A stretch of 64,000 bases of DNA from IMG/VR virus record IMGVR_UViG_3300033066_001722, positions 1-64,000 of that record, one strand, 5' to 3'. A model generated the notes under the pieces. That model did not search any database. It saw only the letters and a list, made by a program, of their open reading frames with translations, and was not told the DNA's origin. The translations under genes were made by a program, and so were the position numbers. Shown here in pieces: positions 27,584 to 36,303 of the stretch (its first letter is position 1; each line of letters begins with the position of its first letter). Origin of the DNA: a virus. Taxonomy: Duplodnaviria > Caudoviricetes.

Positions 27584-28966
27584 TTATGAGATGCCGCCTG
27601 ACTTCATATCTCGGAATCCGGCAAATCGTGGGTGTGCGAGACTGCCGTTCCTGGTACGTTGTTGATAACGTACGCGAGCCCAGCGTCCAATGTAGGTAGG
27701 GTTCATCTTCCCTCGGGCTGCGACTTTTGGATCTATCTTCTGACCGCTCGAATTCCGCCATTGCTCGCCAGGAGGAAGCGTCCAGATCAGAGCCCAGTCC
27801 TCCTCTGTCATACCTCCGACGAGGACTCTCGTCTCGTTCTCCAGGACAACAACCAGGACAGGCTGTTTGTTCTTCCAGACGATGTCGACGATCTTGAACT
27901 CCTCTTCGATCTCGCCTTTGACCTTCAACCAACGTCCATCGTAACCGAGAGTATACGGAGCAGAGGGATCCTTCACAATGATCCCTTCGAGGCCCATGGC
28001 GATCTTGGCGCTGGCTCGCTTGAACGCCTCTTCGCGGTTCTTGACGATGGTGAAGTCTGCGAGGGAGACGTTCACCGGTACGCTTCTTGCAGGCTGCAAG
28101 AGACTGGCCCACTGCCCTAGTGGGCCATCGTCGAGGAACGGAATGTCTGGTCTGCCGAACAGATTGTTCAGCACTCGTCGACGCTGCCTCCAGCTCACCT
28201 GGAAGTCCTTCTGCCAGAAGCTGGTCGGGAAGATGTCGAAGACAAAAGCACGTGCAGAGGCGTCTGCCGTCCGTCTTGCAGCTACAGCAGCGTCTTCTCG
28301 GGTCGAAGCTCCGACGAGCTCCGTATCGAAAGTAACCTCCGCTCCCTGCACAAGCTCATACAAGTCACGAGCGAGCAGACCGCAGCCTCCTGTGATCTCT
28401 CCCGTAGCGGATATATAGCGTCCGAGGACGTTGCCTGCACTCGAATACGCCTGACACTCTCCCTTTTCGATCTTGAAGAAAAGTCTCCAACCGTCGTACT
28501 TGGTCTCTTCGACCCAGTCCTCGAAGATCTGATCCTCCATCGCCTCACACTTCCTGATGCGGAAGCGTTGAGGGGCATCTCCTCCGAAGTACTTCTCCAT
28601 AGACTTGTGGGAGACGCCAATCTCCAGATTTCGCCTCAGGAGACGTTCTAACCACACCGCCTGGCGCGCAGATCCGCGACGCATCTGGTTGTCAACGCGT
28701 GTGATCGTCGCACTGTTCCGATTCGTCCCGCGCAGCTCGTACGCAAGCTCGACGATCTCTCTGAAGTAGATCTCGTCTGGGACCTGCTCCTGCATCGCGA
28801 GGTCCTCGACCTGGACGGTTGGGAGTGTACCGAAGGCAGTCCCACTCTCCCAAGCTAGACGGAGGTACTTGACCAGTACCTCTTGACCGAGGCCTGTGGC
28901 TAGCAGTGCGGATTTGGCCGTCGAACCTCGCAAGGCAGCGACCTGCTCAAGCAGCTTGATACTCAT
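27584..28966 (-). CDS. lig: ATP-dependent DNA ligase
   Basis: ETKYDGWR (KxDG), FDTELV, FVFDI, EGIIVKD, WLKVK, LAHPRF. Start moved to ATG 28966. Confidence 0.92.
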   Translation of the reverse strand: MSIKLLEQVAALRGSTAKSALLATGLGQEVLVKYLRLAWESGTAFGTLPTVQVEDLAMQEQVPDEIYFREIVELAYELRGTNRNSATITRVDNQMRRGSARQAVWLERLLRRNLEIGVSHKSMEKYFGGDAPQRFRIRKCEAMEDQIFEDWVEETKYDGWRLFFKIEKGECQAYSSAGNVLGRYISATGEITGGCGLLARDLYELVQGAEVTFDTELVGASTREDAAVAARRTADASARAFVFDIFPTSFWQKDFQVSWRQRRRVLNNLFGRPDIPFLDDGPLGQWASLLQPARSVPVNVSLADFTIVKNREEAFKRASAKIAMGLEGIIVKDPSAPYTLGYDGRWLKVKGEIEEEFKIVDIVWKNKQPVLVVVLENETRVLVGGMTEEDWALIWTLPPGEQWRNSSGQKIDPKVAARGKMNPTYIGRWARVRYQQRTRNGSLAHPRFAGFRDMKSGGIS

Positions 28967-29181
28967 GAGTCCTCCAGTGGAGCGAAGGCCGTAATGAAGC
29001 TGTCGACACAGTCGACGTCCTGATGTAGGAGGCCTAGACTCTCGTAGGTATAGAAGCCTCGTCGAGTGCGAAACCCGTTCGACTCGATAACGACCTCTTC
29101 GGATCTGAATGCGAGGATGTACTCGAAGCGGAAGGTATCTGGATTGAATCGATAGACGCGATAGTTGTAGCGAGGCTTCAT
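28963..29181 (-). CDS. hypothetical protein
   Basis: 72 aa with ATGA overlaps at both ends. Confidence 0.55.
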   Translation of the reverse strand: MKPRYNYRVYRFNPDTFRFEYILAFRSEEVVIESNGFRTRRGFYTYESLGLLHQDVDCVDSFITAFAPLEDS

Positions 29182-30260
29182 TTCGAGTGGGCAGAAGACG
29201 CGTGCCGTCTGGATCTTTGCTCCTCGGAGGAGGAACTGACCGAGAGGCTTGTTCGGTTCGATCTCGATGCGACCTTTTGCTCCTGTGACCCACATGACTG
29301 CATGAACGCGTCAGCGTCGATCAGGTATACGGCGTCCTTTTCGACAGCGACTTCTTTCCCACTCTTCGTAGTCTCGACGACGGTGAGCTTCCCAATTCGG
29401 ATGGCTCCCTCCCATGCCTTGTGGCTCTCATCCCGTCCATAACGGGCGAGCTCTCGCTGAAGCTCTGTCACCTTCGTCATCTGGATGAACCGTCTTTGCG
29501 TCTCCTCTTGAAGAGTGTCGAAGGTCACGACCTTGACACCTCGTAGTGCCAATCCACGCAGGGTTGCATGGATGCGATAGCTCGCAGTTCCTGGAGGACT
29601 AGGTGAGGCCAGGTAACTGTCGTTCTTCGCCTCTGCCAGATAGACCTGGAGCTTCTCTGCAAGCATCCGCACGGTGTCCATGACGTAGTCGTACTTCATC
29701 CCCAGACCCCTGTGGACGTCTGCTGGATTCTCATAGTCTCCGGACAGTAGAGCGTTGTAGATCATCGCCTGTGGCGTATCAAGTTCCGCGTAGATCCGCT
29801 CGATCACCTTCTGTAGGAGACGAACGTCTCCTCGCATCTCTGGCGTCGCTCGAACGTTGTCGTGTGCGTACTGCTCTGGATCGTCCGGATGCTCTCGGTC
29901 CGAGTCTCCTTCCTCTCCTGCCCGGCTCGCCCACTCCGACTGAAGGACGTTCCTTCGGGCTTTGCCTCGGCTCATCGAGTACTTGTCGTTGTACGCATTC
30001 AGCACAGCTGTGCGCAGCGCCTTGGTAAGCTTCGGGGTCTCGAGATCCTTGTAGCGACTTGAGGTCACGACCTCGTGGAGTTTGACCATTCCCAGCGATA
30101 GCAGCTCCGTGATGTGCATATCGACATGGAAGTCCCGGCTACGTCGACGTGCCATTGATATGACCTCCCCAACCATGATAGGAAGGTCGTTACGACCGTA
30201 GACGCTGTTCAACTGAACAGAATCCTTACGGAGTTTTTCAATGATCTGTGATACGTTCAT
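29178..30260 (-). CDS. sigma-factor-like protein (region 2 and region 4 HTH)
   Basis: ELLSLGMVKLHE...LRTAVLNAYND (region 2-like); LDTPQAMIYNALL...PADVHRGLGMKYDYV (region 4-like). Start at ATG 30260. Confidence 0.6.
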   Translation of the reverse strand: MNVSQIIEKLRKDSVQLNSVYGRNDLPIMVGEVISMARRRSRDFHVDMHITELLSLGMVKLHEVVTSSRYKDLETPKLTKALRTAVLNAYNDKYSMSRGKARRNVLQSEWASRAGEEGDSDREHPDDPEQYAHDNVRATPEMRGDVRLLQKVIERIYAELDTPQAMIYNALLSGDYENPADVHRGLGMKYDYVMDTVRMLAEKLQVYLAEAKNDSYLASPSPPGTASYRIHATLRGLALRGVKVVTFDTLQEETQRRFIQMTKVTELQRELARYGRDESHKAWEGAIRIGKLTVVETTKSGKEVAVEKDAVYLIDADAFMQSCGSQEQKVASRSNRTSLSVSSSSEEQRSRRHASSAHSK

Positions 30261-31138
30261 TTCACACTCCGGATTCCGAGGATTGTAGCGACTTGCTCTT
30301 GCAACTCTGCGAGGTTCGCAGACTGCGATAGCTTCGCACGATACCATTGACGGAAGATGGGCGGGATTTTGCTCTCGTACCTAGTCGGCAACGTCAATGT
30401 CGCGGATAGTGCCCGCTCCAGCGCCTCCCACCTCTCAGGGTCCGAGAGGCGCTTGATCTCCTCGGGACGCGACATCCCGAGAGTTCGTTGGTAGGCCATC
30501 TCGAGATGGCGGACAACACCATCTTGGCTCAAGGGAGGGATCGACTTCTTAGTCGAGGCTGTTGCCTGCTTAAGGTATATAGGCGCTGGAGGCGGAGGCA
30601 TCGGCTGGATCTCGACGACACGCGTCCACACTGGAGCCTGCAGAGCTGGCTTGGCCCTCCCGCGAAGTTCAGAGGGGTCTGCGTAGCGGTCAGGGTCACC
30701 GCCATGCTTCAGTGGGCTGATGATGTGTAGCCAACTATACAGCAGCCAGCTCCCCAAGTCTGCTCGATCGCGCAGCGTCCAGATGAACTTTCCGAGGTCA
30801 AGCTCTCGCTGGGAGGCTCCAGGTCGGAAGCGACGGTGCTCGAAGTAGTACGCAGACTCTGGAATGGTCCGCAGTGTGAGCTGCTTGATATCCTCTCTGG
30901 CTTGCTCTGTCAGCAGAGCGTTCTTCGAAAGCTCTGCGTACTGATTCGCCCAGAGGATCGCTGCTGCTGCTCGGATGGTCCGCTCGCTTGGACGCTGGAA
31001 TTGAATCTTCAGTAGATCGGGTGTCTCTACAAGCTTCATTGCGAGAGATGTGCGAAGCTCTCTGATCAATGCTGGAGACAACTCCAGGTCGTAGGGTGGA
31101 ATCGCAGGGCACTCCAAGAATGCCAATTGAACCTTCAT
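30257..31138 (-). CDS. hypothetical protein, first gene after the terminator/promoter
   Basis: 293-aa ORF with an AAGGAG RBS. Confidence 0.7.
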   Translation of the reverse strand: MKVQLAFLECPAIPPYDLELSPALIRELRTSLAMKLVETPDLLKIQFQRPSERTIRAAAAILWANQYAELSKNALLTEQAREDIKQLTLRTIPESAYYFEHRRFRPGASQRELDLGKFIWTLRDRADLGSWLLYSWLHIISPLKHGGDPDRYADPSELRGRAKPALQAPVWTRVVEIQPMPPPPAPIYLKQATASTKKSIPPLSQDGVVRHLEMAYQRTLGMSRPEEIKRLSDPERWEALERALSATLTLPTRYESKIPPIFRQWYRAKLSQSANLAELQEQVATILGIRSVK

Positions 31139-31164
31139 GTCTAGTCTTGCTCCTTCGGGTAGGT

Positions 31165-31195
31165 ATTATGCCCGATTTCCTTGAAAGAGGGTGAA
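31165..31195 (-). promoter_or_regulatory. possible sigma70-like promoter
   Basis: -10 CATAAT (31165-31170) with TTCACC 19 nt upstream, in a rare intergenic gap. The spacing is suboptimal. Confidence 0.35.
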
Positions 31196-31213
31196 CTTTC
31201 GTGCAAACCCTCT
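31184..31213 (-). terminator. probable intrinsic terminator after dnaB
   Basis: AGAGGG-TTTGCAC-GAAA-GTTCA-CCCTCT hairpin with a GAAA loop and a short T run. Confidence 0.5.
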
Positions 31214-31219
31214 AGGAGA

Positions 31220-32557
31220 CTACGAAGAGGAGCGCGTTAACAGGGCTGCTCGTTCCTCTTCAGTCATATTCTCGACGGGCCACTCGTCCACCTGCTGGAT
31301 TCTAATGCCGTCTTCCATCTCAACGAGCTTAATCATATACCCATCTGCACGTACAGCGTCGTTCAGACGGATCTTCGTGGGCTCCGCAATCAGGCGATGT
31401 GCCATCTTGTCCGTCGGGCGTACACGGAGATGCCAGATCCCATCCATCATACCAGCCTTGCCCTGCGCTCCCTGGTACTGGCCTGCCTTGTTCTCTTGGC
31501 TCGCTGTCTCAACAGCGACGTTGCACTCTCGAGCAATACGCCCTCGGACCTCGTTGAAGAGATACTCTTGGTTCTGCCACTGGTTGTCGCCGAACTGCTT
31601 TGGCTGGACCATTTTGTCGACGAAGTCGATGACGACCTTGGCGATCTTCTTGCCGGTACGCTGCTCAATCCGCGTGATCTCGGCGACGATCGCAGCTGTG
31701 GTACAGCGGTACTCCTCCCACTCCGCGACGTGGAGCTCTCCTCCGGCAGCCTTGATCTGTGCAATCTGCGCCTCGAGCGTCTCTCGACCGTCGTTCGTCT
31801 TGAGCTGTAGAGGACTCAGCCCTGTGTAGTACTGGTCTGCACGTCCTTCGATGATCTCCTTCCGCAGCTCCAGCGTGCAGTAGAGGACATGGAATCCTGC
31901 CATGACACCGAAGCAGGCGTCATTCTGAAGCATGCGACTCTTGCCGACGCCTGTATCCGCGATGAACATGAAGACCTCTCCGGCTGCTGTCCCTCCGTAG
32001 TAGGTCTCGTCGATGAATCGATAGCCTGTTGGAACGATGTTGACGCGGTCGTAGACCGCGACATTTGGATCGACGCGTCTGGCAACGCGTGCAGCGTCGG
32101 TGTAGCTGACTGTGCGAGAACGTACTCCCACGCTGGAGGCCTGGACTGCGCAGCGCGTCGCCTCTTCGAACTTGCCCTCACGGACAAGAGCTGCGTAGCG
32201 CGCAGAGGCTGCCTCATAACCATTGCGCTTGACAGCCTGAATGAGCTCGTCACGGTGATAGTTGATGAGCTTCGAGTCGGCACTGAAGATCCGCTGGAGG
32301 AGGAACCGAAGATCCTCCTCGTTCTTCCAGCCTTGACGTAGGACTGCGCGCTCCAGAGCCTCACGCTCAAGGAGCACTCGATTGGAGTCCCAGACAGAAA
32401 GCACAGAGGTGACGATTGCCTGGTGTAGCTTCGGCACCCAGATGGAGGGATCGATGTGGTCTCGGAAGTCTTCCAGGAAGACTGGACTACGCAGTAGCGG
32501 GATGAGTAGGTCAGTAGCCTCCACCACAGCAGCAGCCGTCGGGAGAGCCTCAGTCAC
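31220..32557 (-). CDS. dnaB: replicative DnaB/gp41-like helicase
   Basis: ADTGVGKS, YCTLEL, VVIDFVD, TASQEN. Probable GTG start at 32557 (GTGA overlap); the ORF track start is 32581. Confidence 0.9.
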   Translation of the reverse strand: MTEALPTAAAVVEATDLLIPLLRSPVFLEDFRDHIDPSIWVPKLHQAIVTSVLSVWDSNRVLLEREALERAVLRQGWKNEEDLRFLLQRIFSADSKLINYHRDELIQAVKRNGYEAASARYAALVREGKFEEATRCAVQASSVGVRSRTVSYTDAARVARRVDPNVAVYDRVNIVPTGYRFIDETYYGGTAAGEVFMFIADTGVGKSRMLQNDACFGVMAGFHVLYCTLELRKEIIEGRADQYYTGLSPLQLKTNDGRETLEAQIAQIKAAGGELHVAEWEEYRCTTAAIVAEITRIEQRTGKKIAKVVIDFVDKMVQPKQFGDNQWQNQEYLFNEVRGRIARECNVAVETASQENKAGQYQGAQGKAGMMDGIWHLRVRPTDKMAHRLIAEPTKIRLNDAVRADGYMIKLVEMEDGIRIQQVDEWPVENMTEEERAALLTRSSS

Positions 32558-33996
32558 TTGGGGAAGTTTGCCTTGATCCATTGAATGGTACCCTCTATAT
32601 CTGACACGTCAAAGACGCTGCCACTGTCGTACGTCTCGTAGACTCTGCGTCTTGAACGGGCATGCCCCTTGAGATAGAGTGCATCATCTGCAAGGTCGAT
32701 CCATAGAAATCGCTCTTTGCCATCCGCATTGCGGAAGCCTCGACCGATCATCTGTTTCAGCTGATGGCCTTGCTTAATGTCATCTAGACCCCGCTCTGCG
32801 CCTCCCGAGATCACAGTCGTGATACCTGTCATCGAGATGCCAGTGGTCAATGTTACGTTGGCAATCATACCTACGTAGTGACCCTTCTGATAGCGGGCTC
32901 TCATATCTGCGCGAGTCTGCTTGGACTCCTTTCCGAAGTGGATAGGTAGCTCCCATCCGAGCTTCTGAAGCTCCCTCTGAATCGTCTCCATATGGTCTCG
33001 GCGGTTCAGGAAGATGAGCAGGCGCTCTCCTTCCTTGATCAGCCGATCTGCGAGCTCAACTATGAGCTGATTGCGCTCCTTGTTCTTGACGATCGCCCCA
33101 CTGTACACAGAGTGATAGCTGTGGAAGTTGCGCACGTACTGCTTCGTGTGATGGACTGGGAGTATCAGGAAGTACGGACGTGCACTGAATCCACTCTCGA
33201 CAAGCTCGTCTGCGGACACCTCAGCGATGATCGAACCGAACAGACCAGCGATGAGCTGGTCTCTAGTCTCCTCCGTCCACATCGTACCGGATAGCGCGAT
33301 CCGGACGTCTGCGATGCAGTAGGAGAGCGCCTCACCGAGTCTGAATGTGAGCTCATGTGCTTCGTCGAGTATGATGGTCTTGAACCGTCGTAACCAGCGG
33401 ATCGTGCGAGCTGGTTGCTTGCGAAAGCGTGAGACGATCGTCGCTCCGCTTGCTATCACGATCGGAGTGTTTGTGAAGGGTGTTCCACAGACTGTGGAGA
33501 CGCCTGGGATCTGGAGACCTCGAAAGTCGTCTGCTACCTGCTTGACGAGGTCCGAGCGTGTGACAGGCGTGACATACAGAACGCTACCAGAAGCCACGCA
33601 AAGCTCGGCTGCGATGAAGGTCTTGCCAGCGTTCGTGGCAAGGCTCAAACCTCCCCTGCGTTGATTCTGGATAGCCTGCAATGCAAGTTTGCCATAATCC
33701 CGCTGCTGGACGAACGGTGGATCCGGGAAGGTAAGCGGACTTGGCTGATAACGACGCTCTATTTCGACGTCGAGTCCGTTCTCCTTACAGAAATCCAAGA
33801 CTTGCGGTAGGAGCCCCGAGAGGAATCGCCCTGTCGGAGTGCAGTAGTGGATGTCGGCGAGTGCTTCTCGCATGCTCGTCCGACGGACGTACTGCCAGTG
33901 CTGACGCTTCAGGTGATCTCTGATCGCGCCTAGGACGAGCTCATGGGTCTCTAGCTGAGAACGGACTCTTCCGACGAGGATCTTGACGTCTGCCAC
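32554..33996 (-). CDS. UvsW-like superfamily 2 helicase
   Basis: LATNAGKT, ILDEAH, ALSGT, QMIGRGFR. Confidence 0.9.
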   Translation of the reverse strand: MADVKILVGRVRSQLETHELVLGAIRDHLKRQHWQYVRRTSMREALADIHYCTPTGRFLSGLLPQVLDFCKENGLDVEIERRYQPSPLTFPDPPFVQQRDYGKLALQAIQNQRRGGLSLATNAGKTFIAAELCVASGSVLYVTPVTRSDLVKQVADDFRGLQIPGVSTVCGTPFTNTPIVIASGATIVSRFRKQPARTIRWLRRFKTIILDEAHELTFRLGEALSYCIADVRIALSGTMWTEETRDQLIAGLFGSIIAEVSADELVESGFSARPYFLILPVHHTKQYVRNFHSYHSVYSGAIVKNKERNQLIVELADRLIKEGERLLIFLNRRDHMETIQRELQKLGWELPIHFGKESKQTRADMRARYQKGHYVGMIANVTLTTGISMTGITTVISGGAERGLDDIKQGHQLKQMIGRGFRNADGKERFLWIDLADDALYLKGHARSRRRVYETYDSGSVFDVSDIEGTIQWIKANFPK

Positions 33997-34002
33997 AAGT
34001 AC

Positions 34003-35382
34003 TTAGACGCTGACGACGTTGCCACGTACTGTCTGTACGTTCAACCTAACGCCTGGCCTGAACGCTGCTGTCGTCTTCTTCAAAAGGCCGGATCCGTTGT
34101 CCTGGATCCACCGCCCCTTCGCGTTGTAGCGGATTGCCTCCGTCGACCAACCGGTCACGGTAGCTGTGATACCATCGCCGGAGATATAGGAGGCGTCTGG
34201 TGGTGTGGCTGTCACCCACTCGTTGGTGATTGAGATCGTGACCTGGAGGTCACGCGCGCAGGGAGGTATGCTGACGGTCTGGTCGTAGACCGGCGCACCT
34301 GAGTAGTCTCCCGGCTTGGTCAGCGCCAGCTGGAGATCTCCCTGGTAGTAGGGTGTGAATGTCGGTGTAGTCCCGGCGATACCTGTCGTGATCCTGCCCA
34401 ACAGGATGTCATAAGGGGTTGAGGGGAACTCGCCTCCACTGGACCCGCCAGGAGTACCACGCTTGTCCGTCGGATAGGTGTAGGAGGGTACCCCTGACGT
34501 CGGGAGGGTACCTTTCTGGACGTAGATGCAGAGCGCACCCTTCGTGGTGAGCTGTGCGCGTAGGAAGTAGGTCGTCGACGTGTCAAGAGTCGAAGACTCC
34601 CAGACACCCGTAGGCGCACCCCAGGCAGACCTGAACAGTCGTCCGGCAACTCGAATGACATGATCGCCGGAGATACTCACGATCCCGCCTGTCCCAGGTG
34701 ATGTCGCTGCTGTGACACTTGGATAGAGAGCAGTCTCACCCTCAACTCCGAGTCGGATCGCCCCGTACTCTAGAGGTGCGAGAGTCCTTGCATCTCCGAC
34801 GCAGAGAGGATTGCTGTAGTAGTAGCTGATATCTGCTTGAGCGACCTGAGGCTGCCCTGCGATGAGTCGGACTGCTGCGAGGGCAACAACGCCCTCTGTG
34901 GACGCTGCGAGAGCAAGGTCTGCGTCTGGGGCAGCCTCTGTGCCAAGAGCTGCTGTCCCTCCTGCGTATGTCCGATACTCGACGGCGATGACCTGATCAA
35001 AAGGCTGCTCGCTGCCGTTGTCGTCCACCCTCGTCGTTCGATCAACGACGCACAACCGAGCAGCTAACACGACGACTCTTGCGTCTCCGGACTGGACTGG
35101 AAGGGTAGGTCCGACATAGGACCCGTGCGTGGACTCTCCTACCGTCAACACGCCCGACTCAGTGTCAGACAGGTAACCGTTCGAGCAGAGTAGACCAGTC
35201 CCGACTTGGACCTTCAGCGGATCCGCGTGCGCGGTCACCGTTGGGACAGATGTCCAGCCGTTCTGACTGAACACGTGCTGTAGGAGGATCGCATCTCGTT
35301 GCAGCTCTCCTTGCAGGATCTCTGCGAAGTCGACATCACGCACCAGCTGCCCGTTGTAAGGTCGTCGTGTTAGCTTGATCAT
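34003..35382 (-). CDS. tail fibre / baseplate-associated structural protein
   Basis: G/T/S-rich beta protein at the distal end of the tail module. Start at ATG 35382. Confidence 0.65.
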   Translation of the reverse strand: MIKLTRRPYNGQLVRDVDFAEILQGELQRDAILLQHVFSQNGWTSVPTVTAHADPLKVQVGTGLLCSNGYLSDTESGVLTVGESTHGSYVGPTLPVQSGDARVVVLAARLCVVDRTTRVDDNGSEQPFDQVIAVEYRTYAGGTAALGTEAAPDADLALAASTEGVVALAAVRLIAGQPQVAQADISYYYSNPLCVGDARTLAPLEYGAIRLGVEGETALYPSVTAATSPGTGGIVSISGDHVIRVAGRLFRSAWGAPTGVWESSTLDTSTTYFLRAQLTTKGALCIYVQKGTLPTSGVPSYTYPTDKRGTPGGSSGGEFPSTPYDILLGRITTGIAGTTPTFTPYYQGDLQLALTKPGDYSGAPVYDQTVSIPPCARDLQVTISITNEWVTATPPDASYISGDGITATVTGWSTEAIRYNAKGRWIQDNGSGLLKKTTAAFRPGVRLNVQTVRGNVVSV

Positions 35383-35384
35383 GT

Positions 35385-35732
35385 TCAGTTCATCTGGATC
35401 TTGTAGGGTGGATCGACGTACTTCTCTCCGAAGATAAAAGAGCACTCTTCGGGAGCGTCGATGACTTGAGGCGGACAGGTGATCCTCGCATCATAGACAC
35501 CCGGTTCCCGAGGATGTGCGGACGCGTCTAACGTGCCACAGACGCCACCATCCTCCGTCAGGAAGCTCGGGATGGGCGGAGTGTACTCTCGGAGAGTGAG
35601 CAGTAGTCGCGTCGTCAGATACTCTGTCCGACTACACTGGATCTCAGTCGTCGACGACGTCACCTTCCCCTTCAGAGCTCCAAAGTCCCAACATCCAAGG
35701 CATGTGAGTACGTACAAGGCAATGCGGCGCAT
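35385..35732 (-). CDS. putative lipoprotein
   Basis: MRRIALYVLTCLG|C lipobox-like signal; Cys-containing body. Confidence 0.5.
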   Translation of the reverse strand: MRRIALYVLTCLGCWDFGALKGKVTSSTTEIQCSRTEYLTTRLLLTLREYTPPIPSFLTEDGGVCGTLDASAHPREPGVYDARITCPPQVIDAPEECSFIFGEKYVDPPYKIQMN

Positions 35733-35736
35733 ACGT

Positions 35737-36267
35737 TCACCTTCTACAAAACGAGTAGCTAGAGCGTCGGCACAACTCGCCAATATCGGCTTTGCTGTAT
35801 GTTAGTAGATCCCACCGACGCGACTGACTCGCGATTGTCTGTGAAGCGCCGTCGAAGTCTGCGCACATGATGTTGAACCCATCACACGCAATATGACCTC
35901 CGCCGACGGTGTGTCCCAACTCATGCTTGATTGTGTAGATGAAGCGGTAAAGCCAGTCCCTGTCGCCTTGTTCGTAGAAGAGATCGCAGATCCTGATGAT
36001 GCGATTCTCGTAGGTGCGAGAGGTCGCAGCGAGAGCGCCTCCAGTACAGCCTGAGACGTTCTCATGCCGGATCATGATCGACGTCCGAGCTATCCCGCAG
36101 TGTAGGATATCCTGGCAACGGAACTCCTCGAGCGCCTGAACAGCCTCGGTCTGCTGACCTGACTGGAAGGTATTCTCGACGAGAACGAATCGTATCGGGA
36201 GATCAAGGTCGATCTCCTCGGGGCCACAGGCAGAGAGGAGGAGGAAGGCGAGGATTAGGTAGTTCAC
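35737..36267 (-). CDS. lipoprotein with a metzincin-type Zn metallopeptidase motif
   Basis: LLLSA|C lipobox; KHELGHTVGGGH (HExxHxxGxxH) and Met-turn NIM. Confidence 0.8.
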   Translation of the reverse strand: MNYLILAFLLLSACGPEEIDLDLPIRFVLVENTFQSGQQTEAVQALEEFRCQDILHCGIARTSIMIRHENVSGCTGGALAATSRTYENRIIRICDLFYEQGDRDWLYRFIYTIKHELGHTVGGGHIACDGFNIMCADFDGASQTIASQSRRWDLLTYSKADIGELCRRSSYSFCRR

Positions 36268-36303
36268 CTGCCATAGAGACAGGACAGCGATCGGCTCGTT
36301 TGA

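Noticed and set aside
28967-29293. N-terminal extension of the ligase (similar extensions at 5854, 30347, 25931 and 13644)
   Set aside because: These overlap upstream genes; internal starts with stop-start coupling fit better.
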